Assembly (NCBI GenBank): GCA_040357565.1 | Contig: JBDODJ010000001.1 | Origin: Cercozoa sp. M6MM | Lineage: Eukaryota; Protista; Endomyxa: Ascetosporea | Length of the DNA stretch: 64,000 nt | Strand: one strand, 5' to 3' | In this document: piece after piece, positions 41,323-51,500 of the stretch | How the letters are laid out: each line of letters starts with the position of its first letter | How positions within the stretch are numbered: position 1 is the first letter of the stretch | Translations under genes and position numbers: made by a program | The notes under the pieces: model-generated | Told to the model about the DNA's origin: nothing | Databases searched by the model: none | Seen by the model: only the letters and a program-made list of their open reading frames with translations

Positions 41323-43603
41323 ATGCGGCATTTCGCCTGTAGGAAGCATCTTTCATCAGGGTGCACACAAGTTTGCACAGGTGGTTCGCAGATTTATTGT
41401 ACAGTCGGTGTGTGCACTCTTCTTTTATTTCAGGGGAAAACCGGCGCTCTCACTTTTTCTGACCAAAATCTCAGCATGAGCGTGTGGTTTGAAGAGTACA
41501 GTGCTCCTTGAAGCCAGCTTTTGATCGATGTCAAGTGACGGGCAGATCGTACTGGAACGCGCAAAGTTCCGATCTGGGCTTCCCGATGGTAGGTGCTGGT
41601 CCCCCTGATAGTGCTCTGTGAGTTCTGCTTATGAACAGGCAAGTACGAACGTCGTCTTGTGGAGCTCCGTCCCGACGTGCTAGACGATGATAAAGATGTG
41701 AATATTGTGCACTGGTACCGGCGATGCCTTTTTGCATTGTGCTTCTATGGATGCACTATATTCCAGGAACCTCGAGTTGATGCGTTCCGACCGCGCAGCA
41801 TCGTTGGCGGCGTCTGTTCTCGCGTCTGCCCTGAAGTGGAACACGAGCGTCTTTGTATTCACGGAGGTTGGCAGCGAAAGTCTCCTGCAGCAAGTATCAA
41901 AGACCTCCACCATGCACACCCACACAGCAGGCTGACATTGTGTAGACGGTGCGACACCTAAATGCGACGCGAGTGCATAATCTGCAGTGGCGCTCATCCA
42001 CTCGGTATCTGTTTACAGTATATATGTTTTTATATGGGTTGATTTCCCGACCTCTGTACCCGTAGTTTCGTCGGAAAGGGCAAGGGAGGACGAGAGTACT
42101 GCGGCGTTCTCTGGCGACTACCTGTATCACCTTGATAATTATGTTTAAAGATCCAACTTGTTTAGTTGCATCCTGTCTCAGGTGACAGTGCGCAACGTTG
42201 ACACTATCGACAGTGTTTTCGCCGAGTCAATCGACCTGCCAGACAGCCTTAAGAACTGTGCTCCTAAAAGATGGGTCTGTTTGGCAGTATCTCTGTTGTC
42301 TTCTTCAGTCTAATCAAGGTGCATACGTAGGTTCAAGCCAACTGTGGAACCAAGGATCAGTCGCGCCAGTCACTCGTGTTCCAGTTGAGTACACTCTTGC
42401 ATGACACGGCTTGCAAGATTGCAGTGGTACCCTGGCTGGTCCAAATGATTGTGCCTTACCCCGAAGGGTTTCTCTAGGTCCATCTGCCGAGTGCATTGAC
42501 GACATGGAATACTACAATGGAGACCTTACAGTACTGCCTCGTGAACTGGTGTGAAAAGCATGAGATTGGTACCTCCATATGTTCACATTGTGATCATCTG
42601 TTGGTGCTTGCCATGTGTACCTGGTTTCTAGACACTGTTGCTGGAGACTTTAACTTGAAGAAGCCAAGGCTTGAGCCTGCAGATGCTGACAGACACTGGG
42701 CCAATCTTTCTGTACGTTGTCGTTGTTCTCTTGTTTCTCAACCAGAACGATGCCTTCCTCCTACAGTACGACACCATGTCAGCGGCCACAGAGAACGGTG
42801 TCCGCCTGTATGACAACTTCTTCCGCGCGGCTGATACACCTTGGCAGTTTGGTACCCTTTGGCGGTGTAAGACACTTCACAATCCTTTAAATCAACCTGT
42901 TCTGTTATCAGTGGACTTCCGTGTCTTCAATCGGCGCGGTTGCTTCTCACTTGACGACATGAGTCGGTGCGTTTGATCGTTCAGGGTCTTTTTTATTCGA
43001 CCTGCACATGCAGCTTGCCTTCTCAGGAGTAGCCAGGGCTCTGACCACCGTCCTGTGCGTGTCAACTTGCGGTTGGCAAACTCACTGCAGTCTGCCGTGT
43101 CTCCCTGTAATTTACACTCTTTTTGTATTTTTCTCCAGTGTGCTTATCCGCTCCCTGTAGCACCAAAGAAAAGCCCAAGGCTACTGGTGTCTGTTGACGA
43201 AAACACACCTAGGCAGCAAACTCCAACTTCAATCGCATGTCCTGAGTGTCACAAGACCTTCAAAAACAAGCACGGCCTGGCTGTGCATGCGCGAGTACAC
43301 AAGACGAAACCAGCATCCAAGGCAGAGTCCACGTCAAGCACGCCAAAGAGTACGAGAGTGACCTGTCCGCAGTGCGGACAGACATGCAAGAGCGAACGTG
43401 GACTCGCTATTCATGTCGCTCGTACGCACGCGAACGAGTCAGACTCAGCACACACTGAGACTGAGACTGCTGCCGTCGTTTCTCCCACTGCCAGCGACCT
43501 CGGGTCGGACAACTCTGACACGCGCTGCTCCCTTTGCGATCGCTCCTTTAAGAACGCGCGCGGTCTCGCTATCCACATGTCGCGCATGCACAAGCTTGAA
43601 TGA
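41323..43603 (+). CDS. Exonuclease/endonuclease/phosphatase (EEP, DNase I/APE-fold) domain protein with three C-terminal C2H2 zinc fingers
   Basis: Hand-spliced protein has all EEP motifs in order: VNIVHWNLE, VFVFTEV, GKGGREYCGVLWR, KIAVVHLPS, VAGDFN, LYDNFF and GSDHRPV. Three fingers follow: CPECHKTFKNKHGLAVHARVH, CPQCGQTCKSERGLAIHVARTH and CSLCDRSFKNARGLAIHMSRMH. Start codon uncertain (41323 or 41477). Confidence 0.8.
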
Positions 43604-43640
43604 GTCGAGTCGGTTCTACTGTATTTAGCGTCGTTTCTTA

Positions 43641-43808
43641 GTTAGTTAGTTGAGTCTTCTAGGAAACCAACGCAACTATGTAGTTCCCCTGCACCAGTCT
43701 GGGGTGGGTCACAAGAGCATGGCCGTGTTTACCGCCCGCTTAGGGTAGGACCATACAACTCCCCTTTTGACGTTCCCCAGACACCGAAGTCGACTTCATG
43801 GTTGGTGC
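43641..43808 (-). mobile_element. Short (168 bp) 3'-end copy of the non-LTR retroposon at 56019-58490
   Basis: Reverse complement of 58328-58490 apart from one substitution and a 5-bp insertion. (TAAC)n tail at the left end. Flanked by the 14-bp direct repeat AGCGTCGTTTCTTA (43627-43640 and 43809-43822). Confidence 0.9.
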
Positions 43809-43863
43809 AGCGTCGTTTCTTAACACTAGATAAGATATAACTACGATATCGCCAGTACGGCCG

Positions 43864-43918
43864 CACCCCAGAACGGGTACAGGGGAACCACATAGTTGGT
43901 ATACTGAACTAACTATTG
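43864..43918 (+). mobile_element. 55-bp diverged 3'-terminal fragment of the same retroposon family
   Basis: CACCCCAGAACGGGTACAGGGGAACCACATAGTTGGT...AACTAACT aligns to 58430-58490. Flanked by the 10-bp direct repeat AGTACGGCCG (43854-43863 and 43919-43928). Confidence 0.75.
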
Positions 43919-43942
43919 AGTACGGCCGGCGCGCTCTTCGCT

Positions 43943-45972
43943 TCACTCGAGGTGCGCAACTTTAGAGCCGTCGCGATCGGGAGACGCCGAGGGTTCCGAA
44001 CTTGAAGACTGAGAGCCTGACGGCCCGGCCGACAACAGACGACGTGAGCGCTGCAGCAGAGGTCGCAGCCACTGCCAAAGCAGTCCAATGCCCAGGAGCC
44101 AGTAGATGCCGAAGATCGCGAGATAACGCATAAGTTGTGACAAGAAGGAGTTCCTCTGGTCGCGCACAAATTGCACTTGTTTTAGAGTACAATACCAACG
44201 CCGAAAATACCTTTTCGGCCGCCTTGAGTTCTTGCTCACGTTGCAGAATGCGCGTGGTTTCCTGCAAAAACATAAACATCCGTGAGGAGTCTAAGGGCAC
44301 GACAAGTGTACCTGCAGATGCGTGGACAGCACATTAACACGCTGCTGGACGACTCTAACTTCGGACAGCAGCAAGGCCAGATCTGTCGACAGGTCCTGCA
44401 ACTGGAGCTGCATTCGCGCCTGTGCACCCTGATCGCTGATGCGGGAGACAGTGGCCAGAGGTGACTCCTCGGCCGCGGGCGGACTGCTGCTGCTGCTCAG
44501 AGCTCGTTCGCGCCTGGGCAGCGGCTCGCTGCATTCGATGTCGTTCCGGTCGGCAATGTCCGGTGCGTGCGGCGTCGTGTCCTCGACCGAGGTGACGGTG
44601 ATGGTGCGCTTGTTGGGATACGAATCTTGCCGCTCGTAGTCGTCTTCGATCTCCGAGACGAGTTCATCTGCTCGTTGCAGTGAGAAGTCTTCCTCCTCCT
44701 GATCTTCGCTGCCGTCAATATGACTCGAGAAGGACGGCTGCGGCACTGTTAATCTCTCCGTGGCTTCCTCTGTCTCTGGCGGAACTTCGATAAGCCGTGT
44801 CCTCTGTGTGAAGTCACTTGTATTTAAATACACTTCGACTGGGAAAGCACTGAGAAACCCTGTTGTTTCTGAAAGCGAAGCGTCGTTTCTGTTTCGACGG
44901 TGAACTTGCTGGTGACTGCTCCGACACTGACTACTCCAGCACACAGCACACGGACACGGGGTGATAGGAGCATGCATAGATAAAGAGAAGATGGAATATG
45001 GCAAGTACGGCAGCAGTGTCATCACCGCGCAGTCGCTGCAGTCGCTGCTGTGCGCGTCGCAGTAGACGTCGTCGCAGCGTGGCCTCGCCGTCAGTGTCGA
45101 GGTCTTCGTCGTCAAAGTCGTCGTCGCCCTCGCTCTGCTGCGGACGCAGTCGTTGCTTCATGTCACCCAGTCGGTCACGCGTGCGTTCGGCAAACCGGCG
45201 CAGTTGTCGGCCCAGTCGCTTGTCCTTGCGACGTTCCCCACGCTCTTCCAGCGGCTGCTGGTCGCGGTGCACAGTCGTGTGTCGTGGCGATGGCGGCTCA
45301 GGTGACCCACCTTCCGACGACTGTTCCGACATCTGTCGCGACAGACTGCGCGGCATGCACAATACACAATAGTAGCTTTTGGGAGGGAAAAGGAAATAAA
45401 CTGGAGGCAACAAGGCACATTGAAAGCACGTCGCCGCCGTACGAGGACTCGCTGCGTTCGTCCTCATCGCGCAGACTGCCGGTGGACTCTACCCGCGGAA
45501 TCTCACTTGAAACACACATACACACACACAGTACAGTTAACATAAACACATTTCCTCTGAACGAAAGCTACGTGTTGTTGCGCCGGAAGAAACGCCTAGC
45601 TTTGCCTGGTTCAATTGCTGACTGGGCACGTAGATGTCGCGTTTTCTCCTGCTGCAAAGTGGGCAGTTACGACCCCACACCAACCTCTACATTCCAACGT
45701 ACCTGACCGGTATCGACGCGTTGTCTGTGGCCAAGCGAACGCCACATGCCACCGACGGCTGCTGCGGCTCTCTGCACAAAGTACCTTCAAGTTCTGTCAG
45801 GGGGAAGAAGGATGAAGAAACGAACCTGCCCTGGTCGGTTTAGGTTGTGCTTTAGTGTTCTCAACACAGAACGCGACTCATCCACGATGGCCTCTTCGCC
45901 AACGTCAGTAGTCGAAGCTTCTTCACTTCTGATTGTGGTTTCACTGCTTGCACCCACGTCGGCGCTGGCCAT
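43943..45972 (-). CDS. Hypothetical low-complexity protein with C-terminal coiled coil and single transmembrane helix
   Basis: MASADVG... start, acidic/Ser-rich exons, heptads LQLQDLSTDLALLLSEVRVVQQRVNVL and TM segment YLAIFGIYWLLGIGLLWQWL near the C-terminus. Confidence 0.6.
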
Positions 45973-46209
45973 CTTCCGTTTTTTCACGATTGGATTGAAA
46001 GAGAGATCCGTTCCGTTCGCCGCTCAGGCGGCAGCCACACTACAAAATGTAGCAAGCTCTCCACTTGGAGAGAGTCGAGACGTCAAATACTGGGCACATC
46101 ACGGCAACCGATCAGTTTTTTCTTGGCTACACTTTTTAATCTGTTCAATGATAATTTCAGCACCTATGTGTCGTTTGGCGGGCGCGTTCTAACTCAAGCG
46201 TACTGCGTT

Positions 46210-46750
46210 ATGGATTTTTCATCCCTAGAAGCCGCCACGGAAGCCCTTGAGAAAAGCATCACGGCTCTTGAGAGTGATGTTGAGTGGCACGCACTCATGA
46301 AGAGCGGCGAACCGCTGGAGCAGGTGCTACTTCTTTCCTGCGTCAGGATGTACGATGTGTAATCTGCTGAGTGTGTCTGTGTACTCTGTGACTCGTGTCT
46401 ATGCGAGTTTTGGTACAGGCCAGGGCATACGCGACAGCAGCCTACTCATTGAACGCAATGTTCTATTGTACGTTGGTAACACTCGCTGGATGCGCTTGCG
46501 TGAAGAACTGGTCTTTGTGATTTCTTCTTTAGCGTGGACTCGCCTGCAAGGGATTTCAGAGCACGAGGTGCAAGACGAGCTGCGCCGGGTGCAGCAGTAC
46601 GTGGGCCGCATCAAGGAGGCCTCGAAGCAAGGCGCACGGCCTGCCGTTGACGAGCAGAAGGCGCGACGGTTCATCGCTGCCGGCGTGGATTCCGAGACGA
46701 GACAAGAGCTCCGGAAATCTGGGTCAGGCTCGAATCAAAGCAAAAAGTAA
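46210..46750 (+). CDS. C1D: C1D/Rrp47 nuclear exosome cofactor (Sas10/Utp3/C1D family)
   Basis: Three exons: ...EPLEQ/ARAYATAAYSLNAMFY/AWTRLQGISEHEVQDELRRVQQYVGRIKEA...VDEQKARRFIAAG. This matches the C1D pattern (AYxLNSMF; HxVxxELxR; xDxxAAxRFI). Confidence 0.85.
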
Positions 46751-46893
46751 CCCCGGCGGCACCATCTTTGAGTTAACGATGGCTACATTATGAAATCGAA
46801 CCGGGAAAATGTTACGGTTACAGTGCTACCTACCGACTGACTGTACGTTCAAGGACATTATTGAAGGAAACCGGCTTTGCTTGCGCTGCTGAA

Positions 46894-46938
46894 TTAAGAC
46901 TCGGGACTCTCATATGTATGATTATGCGGATATCTACG

Positions 46939-46988
<50 letters not shown>

Positions 46989-47088
46989 NNNNNNNNNNNN
47001 NNNNNNNNNNNNNNNNNNNNNNNNNNNNNNNNNNNNNNNNNNNNNNNNNNNNNNNNNNNNNNNNNNNNNNNNNNNNNNNNNNNNNNNN

Positions 47089-47138
<50 letters not shown>

Positions 47139-48365
47139 CCAAAGCAAATCGCCACAAGCGACGTGCCAACTCGGACACTTCCATTTCGTCTCGCAGCATC
47201 GTATATCTGTTCCAACATGCACAGAATACAAAATACTCAAGAACGATGATGCACGCACCCACTGAAGGTTGTCGCCATGCCACGTCGCAATGGCTTTGTT
47301 CGACTACACATAATGAATATACACAGTTCGATAGTCAATTAGCAAAGGCAAATGCACGGATCCGACTCGACAACGCGTCGCAGCATTGCTTCCTCCTTTG
47401 CTCAAACAAAGTAAAACAAAAAAGCAAGAAATCAAATCCAGAAAAGTAAATTTAAATTACCTCTGCCGAACTGATACGGCCACCTCCGTTCCACCGAATG
47501 TCATCCAAGAGCATGGCGAGTGTGCGCCGATCTGGTCTGTCCACATTTTAAACTTGCCAAGCTCAAAAAGAGTTAGCTTGATAGCTTACGAATCGGTTCG
47601 GAGCATGCGACGCAGGTAGGCAGCTCGCCAGGATTGCACGTCACGTGCCTGCTTCCCGGTGAGCTGCATGCACAGGGCCGCACGTGCAATGGCACAACTC
47701 ACTTCGCGCAGTTTGTGCTCCTTCTCTTGACTCGTCTCGTGTAGCAACTTCGAGTAGAAGTCAACGCCAGCTTCACTGTCGCTTTTCGGTTCGAGTCGAC
47801 TCAAAGCTGGCAGCCGCGCAGCCTGACGCAGCGCACTCGGTGCCAGCGAGCGCATGTGTGGCATCAAACATTTGTTCAAGGCGCACGAGAGCGCACTGTG
47901 CTGCGACAGTGTGTCAATGAAGACGCGCCAGGCCTGAACTACCCAAGCACACTCACAGCAAAACAAAACCGAAGCAAACGGAAAGCAAACTACGGTACCA
48001 TGGCCGCAATTCTCAATCAGAGCAAGTTTCACGAGTGTGCAGCGCGTGACAGCATCGCAAGCGATCATGAGCACGCCGAAGGCGCACTGCTGCTCCGTGA
48101 GCAAGCCATCTGTCTGCGGCAGGCCCCGCACCACCTGGGCAAGATGACGAAGCGATGCAGATCTGCGCTGCAGCTCGCACATCTCACCTGCCACATAACC
48201 GTGCAGTACTACGGCGTTCGAAAAAGCCTCGATGTCAAGCCGCACTGCAACTTCGCATAGCTCGCGAATTGAGTCGAAAAATTCACCCCCACAATCCTGC
48301 TTATCGACGTCATAGCCACTTTCCTCGTTCTTTCGTCGATCTGGCGTACTACGAACATGTCCCAT
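46894..48365 (-). CDS. Hypothetical helical protein (ends uncertain; last intron contains assembly gap 46989-47088)
   Basis: 259-aa ORF 47586-48365 plus downstream spliceable exons. No recognisable domain. Confidence 0.4.
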
Positions 48366-48581
48366 TGCTTGAACACAGTGAAAGGTCTACAATCTACTGT
48401 GCACCGGCAAAACACCTGCTTTCACTTTTCCGATCACATTTGCTGTCCCGGCGCTCCCATGGGTTTATCCGCTGGCCGAAAGACTGCGCCGGTGACTGTG
48501 TGCGAGGTTGCACTCACCAAGCGCACCTTTGGCGTGATCAAGAAACTGTTTGGCTCGTGTGGAAACAAATAGTTTCTCATC

Positions 48582-51500
48582 ATGGAACTGGGTGAGCCGC
48601 CACGGCGCGTCGAAACGACGCTGTTGCAGCTCGTTTCGCTTCTAAATGCGTCGGAGGTGCTTTTGCTTAAATCCTTATGACAGTGAGTGTGTGTGTGTAT
48701 GTGTATGTATGTGTGTGTAGGTGTCGCACGTGCGACGCGGCCTCGTGTTGCTTCGCAGGAGCATGGACGTCGAATTAACTGTATGCATTCTGCTTCACTT
48801 AAAAATATCTGACTTTATCTCGATAATTTCGAGTGAAAACAGGGCGGAAACACGACAGATAGTCTGTTGCCCACGATGTTGGAGCTGCAGCAGGACACGT
48901 TGCTGTTCCAGTACCTGGCTTCGTCGCCCAGCTGTCGTGAGATTGAGCAGGTGCAATACTCCTGTCAGCCTATAACATGTGTACCTTTACTTTCGCGTTT
49001 CACAGGTTGCACAAACACTCGCTGGCATGAATCTGCGCGGCATGAAGCAGCAGGTACTTTCTTCGCTGCCTGTCTGTTCTGTCCGCTGGGGTTATACCTC
49101 TTGGCGTTAGGTGCGAACAGAGGCGGTGTATCTGGCGTCCGAGTTGATGGTTTGTTAACTCTTTGTTATCCTTCCCTTGCCTGTCGTGTCAGCTTTACTC
49201 ACACTCACAGACAACAACATCGCGCATGTGCCTGCACACGATGAACACATCCTTTCAGAAGCAGGTACAATCGTATGTGGGTGTGTTTTCATTCTTTATG
49301 TTCCATTTCATGTGTCTCTCAGACAACGACGTTGTTGCAAACACTCATCCGCGAGTACGCCGACTTATTTAAAAACGTCGTGCACAGCGATGACCCGCGA
49401 CACAAGGTATTTTTCTTGCTGTATCCCTGGTATTTTTACCCCCCCCCCCCCCCGTTGCTCCCCTCCCCCACAGACAGCGGCCCTTTTGCTCACACTGGCG
49501 TGTGCGAGAAGCACGCACCTGATGAACACGCTGCTTGAAAGTGCACTGCTGGCGGCCCGTGTGACACGTCTCAACACCAACAACAACGACAGCACTCTGA
49601 AACAAGCTCAACTTCGCATGCACTTCCTGCTGGTTTGCTTTTTTCGCCATTTTTATTTTGTCTTTTTATTTTTGGTATTTGTCTGCATCCAGGTGGAAGT
49701 CGCCGCAAGTGCTCTGACCCAGCGAAGTACCTTGATCTCAGCACGATGTCTAATCTTTCTAAGCTAAACTCTATTGTGTTTGTGTGTGTGTGTCTGCGTG
49801 GCAGATGATACGCTGCGCCAGTTGCTTCAGCAGGCGAATTTTCTGTTCTCCGGTGCGGCGCGTGTCACGCGAAAGTTGCTGGCTTCGGGAGCGACGTTGA
49901 AGGCCGATGTTTTTGGTATGTGCTTTGTTTCTTATACAAGTTTCTGTCCTTTAAGATGCCAGCTACCCCATCCAGGTGCCAACGTTTCGGTGCGAGCCTG
50001 GCGTCGTGACACGGCAGCTGAAGGCCAGGCGACTCCTGATGAGGCCATGAGTGACGGTGAGGAGGGAGAGGACGAAGAGACGGTTGACACTGACGATGTG
50101 ACCACGTGTGCGATCACTGGCGGTAGTGCTGTCACTCGCATCGTTGGCGGCATTGAAAGTCTGCTGAAGCGACAGGGTGTCGCTGCCGGTCTGCGTCACT
50201 GCAGCAGTCGACTCATGTCGCTCTTTTCCGTATGCACTCCCTGCCACCATGTTCACACCTTTACCCTCTTTACCCTCTGCCCTTATCCTCTGACCTGCAC
50301 ACAGGTCCTCGCCCTGCCAGCGGTGCTGGCGGAAGCTCCGTTGCGAGAACGCGTGCTGTCGCTGTGCGAGACACTGTGTGAGTGCGCACCTTCTGAGCAG
50401 GTCAGTTCTCTTGCTTCCACGCGGACGCTGCTTTGGTTGATTTTATGGTTGATGAAGCAGAAGGACGATTTCGCCTTTGACACTGCGAAAACGACGGAAT
50501 CACGTGTGCTGCGATGTCGCACCACTGATATGGTACAGTAGCTTGATTGTATATATATATATGTATATATATGTTTATATATATATTTATGTATACATTC
50601 CACATAGGTCTGGAAGAATCTGGCCAAGATCACGGCGCAGTTCGCCGTGCTGAGCACGGCAGCCAGTGCTCTCATGCTGGATCAACTTGGCGATAATGTC
50701 TCCGTCATTGGCGACGGTGTGATCACCGAGGGCGACGGTTACACCGGCGATCTGCCACGTGCCATGCTGCGTAGTGACTGCGCACTGTCGCTCGTGATTG
50801 CACTTCGCATGTGCCAACTTGCGCCTGCTCAGGTGAGTTGCCTTCTACTGATTTGATCCCCCCCCCCCCTGAGTCCATGTCTCCCTGATTGTTTGCCTGC
50901 AGATTCCGCACGTGTGCCAGTTGTACTTGCAAGAGTACGCCGTGACCGAGGCACGCGAGTCGTGGATGTTCGTGACACATGCCAGCATGCTGAGTGCCAT
51001 GTACCGCACTCTGGCCGATGCCGTCGGTGGCACCTGTACCCTCTGCCTTCCCTACCTTCCAGTGACTAAAGATTATCTTTTTATGTGACTTTGGCCACGC
51101 TGTAGTGGAGTTTGCGGACGCCGAAACACCGCCGCAGGCGAGCGATCGCGTGCTGAAACCGTCGCTGCCGGCGCGAATGGGCGCAGTCTGCACGGACGGT
51201 GTGTCGGCCGAGTCGGCCACGGTGCAGGTGACGGTGTGCCGACTGATGCAGGCCACGTGCCAGCTGTGCCAGTCGCTCGGTGTCTCCTCTGTTATCAGTG
51301 ACGGTGTGATGGCTACACCGTCACTAAGATCACTGATCGATCGCATGACTGCACTGGTGTCGACTGAGTCGACCCAGGCGGAACACGTGCTGCATCTTGT
51401 GCGACTCACGCTAACACTGGTGCCGCTCAAGTCGCGTCAGGTCGCCGCCGTCGGCGCCGAGTCGCTGCTCGAGGTGGCGACCTCTCCGCTGGTCGGCTCG

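Noticed and set aside
37241-43603. Large DNA transposon (Zisupton/KDZ or Helitron-like) comprising the two divergent genes
   Set aside because: No transposase, Rep or helicase motifs, TIRs or TSD were found, and both genes have host-type intron density. Copy number remains untested.
43680-43770. tRNA or Pol III ncRNA ending in TTTT on the plus strand
   Set aside because: No cloverleaf or A/B boxes. The sequence is the antisense of the retroposon 3' end.
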